NCBI RefSeq assembly: GCF_963921235.1
Contig: NC_086107.1
Location: 86,428,001 to 86,492,000 of the forward strand
Source: Mobula hypostoma
Lineage: Eukaryota
Reading direction: 5' to 3'
DNA length: 64,000 nucleotides
Below the pieces are notes generated by a model, which did not search any database, was not told the origin of the DNA, and saw nothing but the letters and a program-made list of their open reading frames with translations. Numbering within the stretch: position 1 is the first letter of the stretch; each line of letters starts with the position of its first letter. Both the position numbers and the translations under genes were made by a program. Below, piece after piece: positions 22,620-36,300 of this stretch.

Positions 22620-25360
22620 CAAAGACCCCATGGAACTGGAGTCTGGAAGGTTAGATGATCCAGGGAGAGGTAGAAGTGGATAGATACTCAGCTTGATGTT
22701 AGGAGACAGAGGAAGATGGTCGAAGGTTGTTTACGGGACTGGAGATCAGTGAGTAGTGACGTATCACAAGGATCGGCGCTGGGCCCATTGCTTTTCATCA
22801 TTCATATAAAGGATTTGGATGAGAGTGTACAACACACCGATGGAAAGTTTGAAGATGACACTAAGCTAGGCGGTAGAGTCATAGAGCAACACAGCGCAGA
22901 TAAATTGTCGACATAACGTCGCAACTCCCGGATTAAATGCCCCGACTGATTGATGCTAAACACGTCTTTCACGGCCCGGTCTGCCGGTGACGCCACTTTC
23001 AATGAACAATTCTCTTGTACTCCTCAATCCCTCTTTCCCGTGACACTCCCGAGTTCCCCACCATTCCATGTATAAACCCTGTCTTGATTTGACTTTCCAA
23101 AATACGTCATCTGAATTGTAATCCGTTTGTCAATTCTCAGTTACACTTCAGTAACTGAGCAAGATTTCCCTGTAATCATCTTCACTATCAAAAATACCTC
23201 CTTATTTTGTGTCCTCCACAAACTTACTGGTAAAAACCTTGAGCGTCTGTAATATAGCGTTTATATTACAAAAGAATAACAAGGGTGCCAACACTGACAC
23301 CCGTGGTACATCACAAGACCCCAGCCTCGATTCCTCACACACACAAAGCTATGCCAACTACTCACAATCAGACTCCATCTGCCCAAATACTGGTAGATTC
23401 TGTCCTCACAATCCCCTCCAGTAAATGCCCCACTCCTGATGTCAGTCTGAGTGGCCTGTCGTTCCCTGGCTTATCCTTGCTGCATTTTTTAAACAATTGA
23501 ATGACAATAGCACATTCTGGTCTTCAGCATCTTCAGCAGTGGCTAATGATGAAGCCAGTGTCTCCACCAGAGAGGTGGGTGAGTGGGAGGACACTTATTA
23601 AATTGAGTTTAATGTGGGAAAATGTGAGGTTATGCCCCGTGTAGGAGGAATCAAAAGAGAGACTATAATTTATGTGGAGCGAGACTGCACATGAGTGAAG
23701 TACATGGGGTCTGGGTGTTAAGTCACATACAAACAGCAGACAGGTACAGTGAGTGGCCAATGGTGAATGGTGCATTGATGTTTATTGTTGGATGGTTGGT
23801 GCAGAGAAACGGAGAACTGTTGTTACAGTGTCAGACAAGTGAAGAGATAGATTTTGGGAAGTTAAAACAGGCCAGGGCATACACAGTGAATGGCAGGGTC
23901 CTGGGGAGTGTGAATGAACAGCGAGATCTTCGGATAGTGATATTGTACCTGGTTCACTGAAAGTAGCAACATCGGGAGACAAGGTAGTGACGAAGGTGCA
24001 CAGCATGTTTACCTTCATCAGCAAAGGCTGTGAGAGGAGTTGGGACATCATATTGTACAAATCATTCATTAGGCCACACCCAGAGTTCCCTGTGCAGTTC
24101 CGACACCACACTAATGGAAGGATGTGATTAAACTGGAAAGATGCAGAAAAGATTCACAGAAATATTGCCTGTGCTGGAGGGCTTGAGTTACAAGGAAAGA
24201 TTGGATGGACTGGGACTGTTTTCCCTGAAGCGAAAGAAGCTGAAGAAAAATCTGATAGAAATTTATAAAACTATGAGAGGTCTAGATAGGATAGAGAATC
24301 AGGATCATTTTCCCAGGGTGGAAATATCAAACATGAGAAGACATTGCTTTAAGATCACAGGGCGAGAAGTTAACGGAGTTATGCAGGGTAAGTAATAGTT
24401 TGGTTTTATTTACAGAGTGGTACAGTATGCCATGGGGAATGGTGAAAGCAGATATGATTATGACATTTCAGAAGCCTTTAGACAGGAAATGGAAAGATAT
24501 GAATCACATGCAGACAGAAGAGATTCAGTTTCCTTTGGCATTGTGTTCAGTCTCCTTTAAAGACCTCCTTTATTCTCCCTGTCAGTCAATCTGCAGAATT
24601 CTGGGGTGTTGGCTATCAGATCTACCTTTAGATATTTCAACGTTCCAAGTACCTTCCCCTTAGTCATAGCAACTACCCTCACTCTGCCTCCAACAGTCTT
24701 GAATGTCTGGCATACTGTTTCTGACTTCTAGTTCTCTATTGCAGTGAGGAGCAAACACAAAATATTTATTAAGTTCACCTCCCATTTCTTTGTCACCCAT
24801 TACTACCTCTCCTGTGTCTTTTTCCCATCGAGCAATATCCTCCCTCATCTCTTGGGAAGAAGTACCAACCTGATTTTCCCAATCGCTCTGCATATTGAAT
24901 TTCCACATGACTATTGTAACATTGCCCTTATTATATCCCTTTTCTATCTCCCAATATAATTTGTTTCCCACATCCTGACTACCATTTGGAGGTCTGCCTA
25001 AAACTCCCATCAGGGTATTTTTACCCCTGTAGTTTCTTAATTCTACTCACAAGGGCTCTGCATCTTCCAATTCTATGTGACCTCTTTCTAGGATTTAATT
25101 TAATTTATTACCAATACAGCCACCCCAACCTCTCTGCCTAACTGCCCATCCTTTTGATACAATGTGTATCCTAGGATTTTAAGCTCCCAACTATGATCTT
25201 CTTTCAGCCATGTCTCATTGATGCCCACAACATCGTAACTGCCAATCTCTAACTGCACCAGAAACCTTCTATCTTATTCTGGATACTGTGTGCATTCAAA
25301 TATAACACCTTTAATCCTGTGTTCATCACTATTTTCAATTTGCCTCCATATTACACTTCA
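22620..25360. mobile_element. CR1 fragment mosaic (duplicate of the copy-1 flank)
   Basis: VSQGSALGPLLFII and KFEDDTKLGG remnants. Confidence 0.8.
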
Positions 25361-25361
25361 A

Positions 25362-25985
25362 TAGGATGGAGGAGAAGATGGTGGCACGACGCAGCGCACG
25401 CAGCCTCTCTGGTGAAATGATATCGTATCTGTTAAATAGGGGCCGTGCACAATTCTGATTTGATGGAGACAGCCGTGAGAAGCACAGAGGAACATCTGGA
25501 GAAAGTTCTGTAATGTTCGGTTCGCTGCTGCTGCTACTGTGCAATTGAGAATCTCTGGAGGGAAGGCTCCAAATCCTCGGCTTTGCCTGCTGCTGGCGGC
25601 CGGGGCTGGGGTCGAATTGCATGGCAGAGATGGTGTTCGGTGCTCGGTGTCGGAGGCTTGAAGTTTACGGATGACTCAGAGTTGGACTGTGGTCGGATAT
25701 GGGAGAATTTTCTTCCTTCTCCCATCTGCATGTGATGTGGGACTTTCGAAAGACTTTGAACGTTTTTTACCATGTCCATGGCCTGTTCTTCATCAAGTTA
25801 CGGTATTGCTTGCTCTGTTGTAACTATATGTTATAATTATGTGGTCTTTGTCAGTTTTTCAGTCTTGGTCTGTCTTATGTTTCTGTGGTATCACACCGGA
25901 GGAACATTGTATCATTTCTTAATACATGCATTACTAAATGACAATAAAAGAGGACTGCATGTCCTCATAATCTAATCTAATCTAA
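25362..25985 (+). mobile_element. Unclassified non-autonomous retroelement with (ATCTA)n tail
   Basis: Interrupts a CR1. CpG-rich 5' end with AAGATGG, then AATAAA and an ATCTA tandem tail. Confidence 0.55.
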
Positions 25986-26038
25986 CTCATCCCATTACTA
26001 CAATTTTGCCCTATCACCTGCCTGTTCTTCCTCACATC

Positions 26039-26731
26039 AACGGGGTCAATATCACAAATGACCTGACTTGGTCCAACCAAACAGAGTCCACTGCCAAGAA
26101 GGCCCACCAGCGCCTTTACTTCCTGAGGAAGCTAAGGAAATTTGGCCTGTCCCCTAAAACCCTCACTAATTTTTATAGATGCACCGTAGAAAGCACTCTT
26201 CTGGGGTGCATCACAACCTGGTATGGAATTTGTCCTGTCCAAAACCGGAAGAAGCTGCAGAAGATCATGAACACAGCCCAGGACACAAACCAATCTTCCA
26301 TCCTTGGACTCACTTTACACCGCACGCTGTCGGAGCAGTGCTGCCAGGATAATGAAGGACACGACCCACCCAGCCAACACACTTTTCGTACCTCTTCCCT
26401 CCCGGAGAAGGCTCAGGAGCTTGAAGACTCGTACGGCCAGATTTGGGAACAGCTTCTTTCTAACTGTGATAAGACTGCTGAATGGATGCTGACCCGGATC
26501 TGGGCCGTACCCTCCAAATATCCGGACCTGCCTCTCGGTTTTTTTTTGCACTACCTTGTTTTCCCTTTTCTATTTTCTATTTATGATTTATAATTTAAAT
26601 TTTTAATATTTACTATTGATATGCACTCCAGGGAGCATGAAGAGCAGAATCAAATATCGCTGTGATGATTGTACGCTCTAGTATCAATGGTTTGACGACA
26701 ATAAAGTATAAATTATATAAAAGTATAAAGT
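26039..26731 (+). mobile_element. 5'-truncated Rex1/Babar- or L2-type LINE
   Basis: DLTWS...KKAHQRLYFLRKLRKFGL...FYRCTVES (RT C-terminal region), a (TAAAGTA)n-like tail, and a possible ACATC TSD. Confidence 0.8.
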
Positions 26732-28099
26732 ACATCTACCTGTATAACAACTGCTCCATCCTCAGTTCTATAACTCAGGCTCTTATCCCCCTGACAAATT
26801 AGTTTAAACCCTCTCCATCTACTCTAGCAAACTTGCCTGTAAGGTCCCCTTCAGGTTCAAGTGCAACCCACCCTTTTTGTACAGGCCATACCTTCCCCAG
26901 AAGAGATCCCAATGAACAACAGCATGGCCAACTGGAGATCCAAGGCATGAGAAGACATGGCTAAAAAGTTGGTGTAGGACAGGGGGCATCAGATTTTTGG
27001 ATCTTTGGTTTCTCTTACAAGGAATGCCCAGAAGAGAATGTTGGCACCTGAACTGGAGGGAGAATAATAACATAACGGGAAGGGTTTCCAGTGCTGCAAC
27101 AGTGGGGTTTAAACTAGAGCTGCAATTGAATTGGAACCAGAGTACCAGAACAGATAGTGGAGAGGTCGTGGAGACAGATCTTGGTAAGACTGCAGACAAA
27201 ATCAGGAATCAAAAGATTGAGCACGGTGCAAATAACGTCCTCAGCTGTGTATATTTCAATCCAAGAAGTATTGTAGGAAAGGGAGGTGAGTTCAGGGCAT
27301 GGATCAACACATGGAATTTTGATACCGTAGCCATTAGTGAGATTTCATTGCAAGAGGCAGCAGGACCGGCAGTCGAATATTCCAGGGTTCTGTTGTTTTA
27401 GACATGACATAGCAGGAGGGATTAAAGGTGGTGTTACTAGTCAGAGAAAATGTCACAATAGTACTCCATCAGGACATACGAGAGAACTCAACCAGTGAGG
27501 CATTATAGGTGGAACAGAGGAATAAGAAATGTATGACCACATTAATTGGGCTATGTTATAGACAACCAAACAGTGTGAGGGATGTAAAGGAATGCGTTTG
27601 TAGAGAGATTGTACACTGTTGCAAGAAACATAAGGCTGTGATAGTGGGTGATTTTATATTCCCACATATTGATGATGAATCTTGTAGTGTAAAAGGACGA
27701 GATTAGATAGAGTTTGTCAAATGTGTTGAGGACATTAATCAGTACATAGAAGTCCCAATGAGAGAGTGTGTAATACTTCATCTACTATTAGGGAATGAGG
27801 CAAGGCGGGTGACAGAAGTTTGTGCAGGGGAATTCTTTGCATCAAATTAGTTTCAAAGTAAATATGGAAAAAGACAGGTCTGGTCTGAAGGTTGGAGGAA
27901 GTCCAAATTTGATTGTATCAGAAAGAATCTGCCAAGTGTGAATTGAGCCAGGCTGTTTACTGGCAAAAGTGTACTTGGTAAGAGGAAGGCCTTCGAAAGT
28001 GAAATTCGCAGGGCTAAATCCCCAGTGCCTGAAGATCAGTATATTATCCATGTGGCAGACTACTCCTTCCGGCCCCTCCCTAATCTAATTCATCCTCAT

Positions 28100-29330
28100 C
28101 TGAAAGAGTTCAGGGGCTGATGAGATACCAAAAGAGAGCCTCTAGAAGGCATAGCATCCATATAGTGTAATAAAGGTTGTGAGCTTCTGTGGCTCAGGAG
28201 CTAAACAGATTTGCTAGAACCATGAGTTTGCATCTAATTTGATAAAGAACTTAGCTCCACCCAGCACACCCAATGTGTGCTCAGCAGAGGGCAGAGTAAA
28301 CTCCCGCCACACTGCATTATTCGATTTTGTTTGATCAACACAGATTGTCACTGTTCCATCTGGCTTGGGAACAGGAACAATGCCCAGGCGCCAATCCGTG
28401 GATCCATTCACTCTAGTTATGATGTCAAGTGCCTCCATTCGCTCAAGTTCAGCTTTGACTTTGTTCATCAATGGGTCTGCTATATGCCTAGCTGTGATCA
28501 GAGAGTATCTCATCTCATCTTCAGTTACCTGAGAGGGCACACAATGCTGTGATGAAGTCATTTACACTTTCATCTGGCTCCTGTTTTCTGGAGTTGAACT
28601 TTGCCCTCTCCTATATCACATTTTACTTTCCTGTGAAATACTCTTTGAATTTATCCTGCACTGTTTTGTACTCCTTTTTCTGAGCATCTATCAGTTCTGA
28701 TCCACCCATGATGTCTTCTGCTTTGCCACCCATGCTGTGCATCAGTGTGGTTACTTGAAGCTTTTCTGAAGCCCAAGTGAGATTGTTTGCAACTCTAAAT
28801 CTCTCAAAGCGTCTGAGATATCTTTCAAAGTCCCCTGGTTCAGAGAAAGCAAATGTATCGGAGGCTTTATTAGGTAAGTAGATGTTAGTACTGGAGGTAT
28901 TTGCTCCATTTTCCTGTTTGTTCATTTATTACTTTATTTATTTCAATTGCAATAGTCTTCTTGTCTCTCCCTGTGAGTTTGATTGTCTTCTGTGCTGTGT
29001 CTCTGTCTCTATGAATTTCCCCAGGCTAGTGGCCCACAGATTATTACAATATATACAACTTTGGGTGTAGCTTGAAGGCATTGCCTAGCAACTCTGGCCA
29101 GCTCTCAGCTCATGTCTCATGGTGCACACAGTTAGCAAACTAGCATGGACAGATTAGGTTAACAAGTCTCTGGCTATTTTTCATTGTCATATGCTTGTTT
29201 GCATAGCCTTACTGTTAATTCTTTCTTGTTGGGGATCTCACTTGGTCTGCATTACCAATTCATCGACGATCAACCACTTCTGACACCGTGTTGTGTTTGT
29301 TATTGAGGGAGTGTGCAGACTCTGCACACC
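28100..29330 (-). mobile_element. Internally deleted Gypsy remnant (gag and RT fragments, PBS)
   Basis: Gag-like DFERYLRRFERFRVAN (28623-28925), RT VPVPKPDG...KLDANS (28214-28561), and a tRNA-Leu-like PBS GGTGTCAGAAGTGG at ~29274-29287 beside an LTR end. Confidence 0.8.
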
Positions 29331-29444
29331 AGGACACCAACCTGCAGGATATTCAGCTGAACTCTATTGTTAACCTTGCTTGTACAGAATGTGAACTCCT
29401 CCCTATGTGGGAGTGGCTAACTGGATGGCATAGGATTAACGCTA

Positions 29445-30685
29445 TTGACTACCACTACGCATACGACTGCAGTCTCAAACACCTGAGTAATCACATTGTC
29501 AAGACTGCCGATGACAGGACAGTCGTGGGGCTCGTCACCAGCAATGCTGAGACAGCATACAGAGAGCAGGTGAAAAAGGTTGAGGGCCTGGTGCCAGGCA
29601 AATAACCTCTTCCTCAATGTCAACAAGACAAAGGAGATGGTTGTCGACTTCGGGAGTACTTGCATCTCTCACACCCCCTTTCACATTGGTGGCACAGCAG
29701 AGGAAAGTGTATGCAGTTTCAAACTCAGAACAGAACCCCCACAGTCAAGAAAGCTTATCAATACCTCTGCTTTGTGAGGGGGCTGAAGAGAGCTGGTCCA
29801 TGCATATCAATACTCATAGCCTTCTACAGATGCAGTGGAGAGCATCCTAACAATTTGCATTACTGTGCAGTACAGAAGCCACACTGCATCAGACAAGAGG
29901 GCAGTACAATAGTTAGCTAAAACTGCCCGATACATCACTGGCACCAACATACCCACCATCAAAGACATATATACAGAAAGGTCCCAGAAAAAGGCCAGCA
30001 ATATTATGAAGGATCCCACCCATCCTGTTTATGGACTGATTGTTCACTCCAATCAGGGAGGAGGCTACGCAGCATCCACACCAGGACCACCTGACTCAAA
30101 AACAGTTACTTCCCTCAAATTGCCAGGTTGATCAACTCCTCCACCCACTAACCCACCCAACACCACTGCCAAAAAAGGTGCAAGGCACTCCATCCCTCTG
30201 CCAGCCAGCAGGTCACCCTTGGGCAAGGAATAGCACCCATTTAGCCCACCACCGCCACCCCCGATCATAGTCATATGAAGCCATGGGAGCAGATGTTGCA
30301 AATCATAAGTCCTGGTTATGCAACCATTGACGCCAGGCAGACAATCTCTTGCAAAAACATTGCCCAGAAGCAGGCAATGGCAAACCACTTCTGTAGACCA
30401 CGATAACCCACGTCGTACAACATGGCACAAAATGATGATGACTACAATATACATGTCACCTAGTGTCTCTTTATATACATGCAACAGTGTACGTATATAT
30501 CAGTTACTTGTAGATTGTGTTTGGTAGGATTGCTTTTATATTTATATTTATTGTGATTTTTTTTGATTTTTATTGTGTCCTTTAGGCTTTTTGTGTTTTT
30601 TATGCTGCATCGGACTAGGGGTAACAATAATTTTGTTCTCCTTTACACTTAAGTACTGAAAACTGACAATAAACAATCTTAAATC
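29445..30685 (+). mobile_element. Rex1/Babar- or L2-type LINE fragment with a nested RTE-like short insertion (~30165-30440)
   Basis: ADDRTVVGL and WCQANNLFLNVNKTKEMVVDF. The nested piece carries GGCAATGGCAAACCAC and a (TGA)n tail. Confidence 0.7.
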
Positions 30686-31236
30686 TTGCATCTTGCAGCC
30701 TGAATGCAGTTTCTCAGCTCTTGTTCTGTTAGCTTGGATGTGTTTCAACTCTCAGATGTGATATTTTTGAAAAGTATGAGAATACTTGGCTTCACCAAAC
30801 ATGGAATATAATCCATTACTGATTGTAATCGTTTCCCTTCTAACCCTCTGACTCATCACCTGAAAACTCTGACATTCACTTTTATATCCGTCCTCCATGG
30901 GGTAATGATTCTCAATATTGATGCTCCTCTCAATCTTGTACAACGTCCTCCATCTCCTCTCCCCCACCCACCTCTAAGGAAAACATCCTAATGGCCTGTC
31001 TCTCTGAATACCTGAAACTTTCCATCTCATTAAAAAATCCGAGTCAATTTCCTCTGCATTCCCTCCCGTGTATTCACGCTTTCCTATTGCGTGGTGACCA
31101 AAGCTCCAGTTATACCTCACGCAATGGTTTTTTCCATCATTAACCCTTCAAACTCACTTTCTTTTCTCCCCCCAAAGGAATTCTCACTGGAAACTCTTCC
31201 TATTTATTTTTCAACTTTCTGACCAGCTGCTTCTTC

Positions 31237-31332
31237 CATCAAAGTTGCTGGTGAACGCACCAGGCCAGGCGTTCACCAGCAACTTTGATGTGTGTTGCTT
31301 GAATTTCCAGCATCTGTAGAATTCCTCGTGTT
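31237..31332. mobile_element. Miniature Penelope-type hairpin insertion
   Basis: Perfect 22-bp inverted repeat (31237-31258 / 31269-31290) and a flanking direct repeat TGCTTCTTCCAT. Confidence 0.75.
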
Positions 31333-32069
31333 TGCTTCTTCCATTCTAATTTTCGGTCTCCTTCTTATCTTTTGTTTTATAAAGTCAAAGTGAGCATATT
31401 GTCAAGTGCACAGGCGAATTAAAAAAATACACTTGGCAGCAGAATAAAGTAAATTTAAATAATATACTGTACAAGAAAACACAATTAGAAATAAAATCGA
31501 AATCATCTTCACGCTTGGTTAAAATTTCGATTAACTTTCACATTTAAGGATTTCGCATGGACACATCTCCGCATGGAGGGCCTATTTTGCAAGAGATCTT
31601 CAGTAATTGATTTGCAACTTTAGCTGGTTTCCCGGCGGCTCCTCTGATTGACAGCTCTCTCTGCCCCTCCTCCCGGGGCTGCGATTTGCCGAACAATTTG
31701 TGTTGACGTCACAGAGCGACCTAACGTTTCCTCGCAACGCGCAGCGGGGAGGAAGAGGAAGCACTTTGGCAGCAAATGGCCAAGAAGATGGAGGTAGTGA
31801 CCGGGAGGTGGTGTTGGGTGATAGGAGTTGTATGGAGGAAGGCGAATGGCAGGTTTGTGGTAAATGGAAATAATAATCAGCGGGCGATTGAGGATTGTAG
31901 TGGTTTATCATCCAGTGATGAAGTTAAGTAGACAGGTTTTAAATTTTAAAAAATGAGATATTTCTCTGTATGTTTCAATGTACATGTGCCAAATAACGAT
32001 AATCTTTAAAAAAGATGGAAGTGTTGAAGGCAGTCGACCGGATATAAATAAACGAAGGAAGGAAGAGAT

Positions 32070-32390
32070 TAAAAACATAAAAGAGTTTCTGCAGATGCTG
32101 GGCATCCAGAGCAACACACCCAAGTGCTGGAGGAACTCAGCAGGTCAGGCACCGTCTGTAGAAATGAATAAACAGCCAATGTTCCAGGTTGAGACGCCTC
32201 ATTAGGTCTGGAAAGGAGGGGGAAATATCGGGGAATGATTACAAGATAGAAGGTGATAAGTGAGACCAGGTGGTGTGGATGAAGTAAGAAACTGGGAGAT
32301 GATATGTGCAAAAGGTAAAAGGGCTGTAGAAGAAGGAATCTGATAGCAGAGGAAAGTGGACTATGGGAGTTGGGGCACCAGCGAGGATGT
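32070..32390. mobile_element. Penelope-derived short element
   Basis: CTGCAGATGCTGG...TGCTGGAGGAACTCAGCAGG arm, same family as 15627. Confidence 0.65.
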
Positions 32391-32899
32391 GTGCTGAGCT
32401 TTGAATATGGACCTGTTTCTGATATTAATCCAATTAGATAGACTAAGGATTTGAAAAAGAGTTAGGAGTTATTGTGGGTACAAAATCTTTAAGAGACAGG
32501 GCACTGTTAGTTTTTTTGTAAAGATAGCAAGCAATGTGAGAAAGCACTGGGGCTAAAAGCTGTGGGAGGAAGCAAAATAATACCAAGTAATTCTATTGAA
32601 TGATAGTGGCTTGGAGAGTAATTCCAGGAGTGCCTCTGGATTTGTTTATGAAATTTAGTTTGGGGAAAAGTTCTGGATGCTGAACGTTTAAAAGTGTATC
32701 TTGGTGGGTTAGAATAGGTAGCTTATTGATGGCTTATTGATTAAGTTTGATGGAAAAAAGCTTGATGGATCAGGCTAATTTAGGTTATATAAGTTCTATG
32801 TTTCAAGTCTATGTGCCGCTGCTGTGGGATGTTTTCAGTGTCAGGAGTTTGGTCATGCAGCAGCTGTGTGTATGGGTGAAATGATCTGTGGTAGATTTT

Positions 32900-33185
32900 A
32901 TTTGTTGAGTTACAGTGCAGAATAGGCTCTTCTGGCACTTTGAGCCGTGCTGCCCAGCAACGCCTGCTTTAACCCGAACCTAATGACAGGACCATTTCCA
33001 ATGACCAATGAACCTACCAACTGGTAGGCCTTTGGACTGTGGGAGGAAACTGAAGCACTCAGGGCAAACCCACGCAGAATGTGCTGATCAACTACGTACG
33101 GTGAGGCCCCTTACAGACAGTAGCTGCAATTGAACCTGGATCTTGGTACTGTAAAACATTGTGCTAACCTCTGCATCAGTATGCA
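32900..33185 (-). mobile_element. V-SINE (HE1-like)
   Basis: Reverse complement of the GCGTGGGTTT...TTTCCTCCCACAGTCCAAA domain with a decayed tRNA head. Confidence 0.65.
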
Positions 33186-33319
33186 ACCGCGCAATTTTTG
33201 ATTAAACATAATGGAAATAAAGATGTTTTCAGTGTCAGACATTTGCCCATGTTGCAGCTGTGTGTAGGGGTAAAATGCAGTGCAGTGGATATGGTGGAGA
33301 ACATGACTATGGTAATAGA

Positions 33320-36300
33320 CATGAGGCATTCGGAAAGCACAGGATATGTATATCCCAAAGAGAAAGCAGTATTCTAAAGCCAAGCTGACACAACCATGGC
33401 TAATAAGAGAACATCTAATAAGAGGAAAATTTAATGGGAAGGTAGTGGATTGGAAAGCTTTGAAAAACCAACTAAAAAAACAAGTCATACAGAAGGAAAA
33501 GATGGAATACTATACAAAAATAAGTTAGCCAATAATATTAAAGAGGATACCAAAAGTTTTTCCAGATACATCAAGTGTAAAAGAGAGGCGAGATTGGATA
33601 TCGAACCACTGGAAAACGAAGAAAGGAAACTATAGGCCAGTTAGAATGACCTCAGTGGTTGGGAAGATGTTGGAGTCGATAGTTAAGCGGTACATGGAGG
33701 CACATGATAAAATAGGCCAAGTCAACATGGTTTTCTCAAGCAAAAATCAGTTGGAATTCTTTGAAGAAATAATAAGCAGGATTGACAAAAGGAGAATCGA
33801 TGGATGTTGTGTACTTGGATTTTCAGAAGGCTTTTGATAAGGTGCCACACGTGAGGCTGCTTAACAAGTTAAGAGCTCATGGTATTGCAGGGAAGATACT
33901 AGCATTGATAAAGCAGTGACTGATTGGCAGAGGGCAATGAGTAAGAATGAAGGGGCCTTTTCTGGTTGGCTGCAGGTGACGAATGGTGTTCCCCAGGGGT
34001 CTGTGTTGGGACCGCTTCTTTTTATATTATATGTTAATGACTTGGATGATGGAATTGATGGATTTGTTGCAAAGTTTGCAGACGAGATGAAGATAGGTGG
34101 AGGGGCAGGTAGTTTTGAGGTGGTAGAGAGGCTGCAGAAGGACTTAGATTAGAAGAATGGGTAAAGAAGTGGCAGATGGAATACACTGTTGGGAGGTGTA
34201 TGATCCTGTACTTTGGAAGAAGAAATAAAAGGGTAGAAGACTATTTTCTAAATGGAGAGAAAATTCAAAAAATCTGAGGTGCAAAGGGACATGTGAGTCC
34301 TTGTGCTGAATTCCCTAAAGGTTAATTTGCAGTCTGAGCCTATGGTGAGGAAGACAAATGCGATGTTACAATTCATTTCAAGAGGCTTAGAATATAAAAG
34401 CAAGGATGTAATGTTGAGGCTTTATAAAGCAATGGTGAGGCCTCATTTGGAGTGTTGAGTTGATTTGGGCCCCTTATCTAAGACACTGGAGAGGGTTCAA
34501 AGGAGATTCATGAAAATGATTCCTGGATTGAATGGCTTGACATATGAAGAGCATTTGATGGCTCTGGGCCTGCACTCACTGGAATTCAGAAGAATGAGGG
34601 GTGATGTAATTGAAACCCTTTGAATGTTGAAAGGCCTTGATAGAGTGAATGTAGAAAGCTTGTTTCCTATGGCGGAAGAGTCTAGGACCAGAAGACAGAG
34701 CCTCAGAATAGAGGGGTGTCCTCTTAGAATGGAGAAGAGAAGGAATTTCTTTAGACAGAATGGAGAATTATGTGGAATTTGTTGCCGCAGGTGGCTGTGG
34801 TGGTCAAGTCTTCATGTATATTTAAGGCACAGTCTGACAAATTCTTGATTGGCCAGAGCATGAAGGGATATGGAAAGAAGGCAGGAGATTGGGGCTGAGA
34901 GGGAAAATCAATCAGCCATGATGAAATGGCCATTCAGACTTGATGGGCCAAATGGCCTAATTCTTCTGTGTCGCATGGTATAAAATGTAATTATGCAGGG
35001 GAACATAGCTCTGCTTGTGTAGGGTGTCCTGTAGATATGGGCATCACTGAATCGTGGCTGAAAGAAGTTTATAGCTGGCAGCTTAATGTCCTAGATGCAC
35101 ATTGTATCGAAAAGATAGGCAGGTAGGCAGGAGTGGGTGGCTCTGTTTTTTAAAAAAAAGAATCAAATCTTTAGAAAGAAATGACATAGAATTGTAAGGT
35201 GTAGAATTGTTCTGGGTCTTGCTAAGAAACTGCAAAGGTAAAAAGACCCTGATGGGAATTATATACAGACATCCAAATAGTAGCAAAGAAGTGGTCTTAC
35301 AACTGGAGATAAAAATTCATGTCAAAAGGGCAGTATTTCAATAGTAATGGGGGGTTTCAATATGCAGCTAGATTGGGGAAAATCAGGTTGGTGCTGGATG
35401 CCAGGAGTGGGAATTTGTAGAATGTGTACGAGATGGCTTTTTTAGAGCACCTCATGGTAGAGCATACTAGTCGGTCAACTGTTCTGTATTAGGTGTTGTG
35501 CAAAAAAATTGGAATTAGAGAGCTCAAGGTAGAGGAACTCTTAGGAGACAGTGATCATAATATGATAGAACTTGCCCTGCAAATTGAGAAGGAGAAGCAA
35601 AAATCAGATGTATTGTAGTGATGTGCCACACACAGAGCTAGCAATAATGACACGCAGTTGCTAAGTCGCACTCGAGACCACTTTATTCAAACTTTGTGGC
35701 ACTGGCTTTTAAGCAGTTGCCTTCCAGCCCTCTCCCGGCGGAAATGACGTCAAAAGTGCATTACAAAAGTCTCTCCCCACGCGCAGGATATTTTGTGAGC
35801 CGGTTCACTTGTGTAGAAAGTGGGTCGCCACAGTATCAGTATTACAGTGGTGTAAAGGGGCATGAGAGAGAAAAACTGTCCAAAATTGATTGAAAGGGAA
35901 CACAAGCAGGGATGACAGTGGAGCAATGGCTGGAGTTTCTGGGAGCAAATTGGAAGGTGCAGGATGTATACATCCCAAAGAAGAAGTAATTTTCTAAAGG
36001 CAAGATGACACAACCGTGGCTAACAAAAGAAGTCAAAGTCAACATAAAAGCTAAAGGGAGGGCATATAATAGAGCAAAGATTAGTGGGATATTAGATGAT
36101 TGGGAAGTTTTTAAAAAGTTACAGAAGGAAATTTTTAAAAAGTCATAAAGAAGGAAAAGAGGCAATACGAAGGTAAGCTAGTCAATAATATTAAAGAGGA
36201 TACTATAAGTTTCTTCAGATATATAAAGTGTGAGAGTGGTGAGAGTGTATATTGGACCACTGGAAATGATGCTGGGGAGATAGTAATGGGGTACAAGGAA

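Larger units (their letters stand above)
31600..35030 (+). mobile_element. Ancient I/Nimb-clade LINE 5' region and ORF1 remnant, fragmented by later insertions
   Basis: Zinc knuckles CFQCQEFGHAAAVC (32830), CFQCQTFAHVAAVC...GGEHDYG (33224) and KCNYAGEHSSACVGCP (34983), plus a CpG-rich 5' end. Confidence 0.65.
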
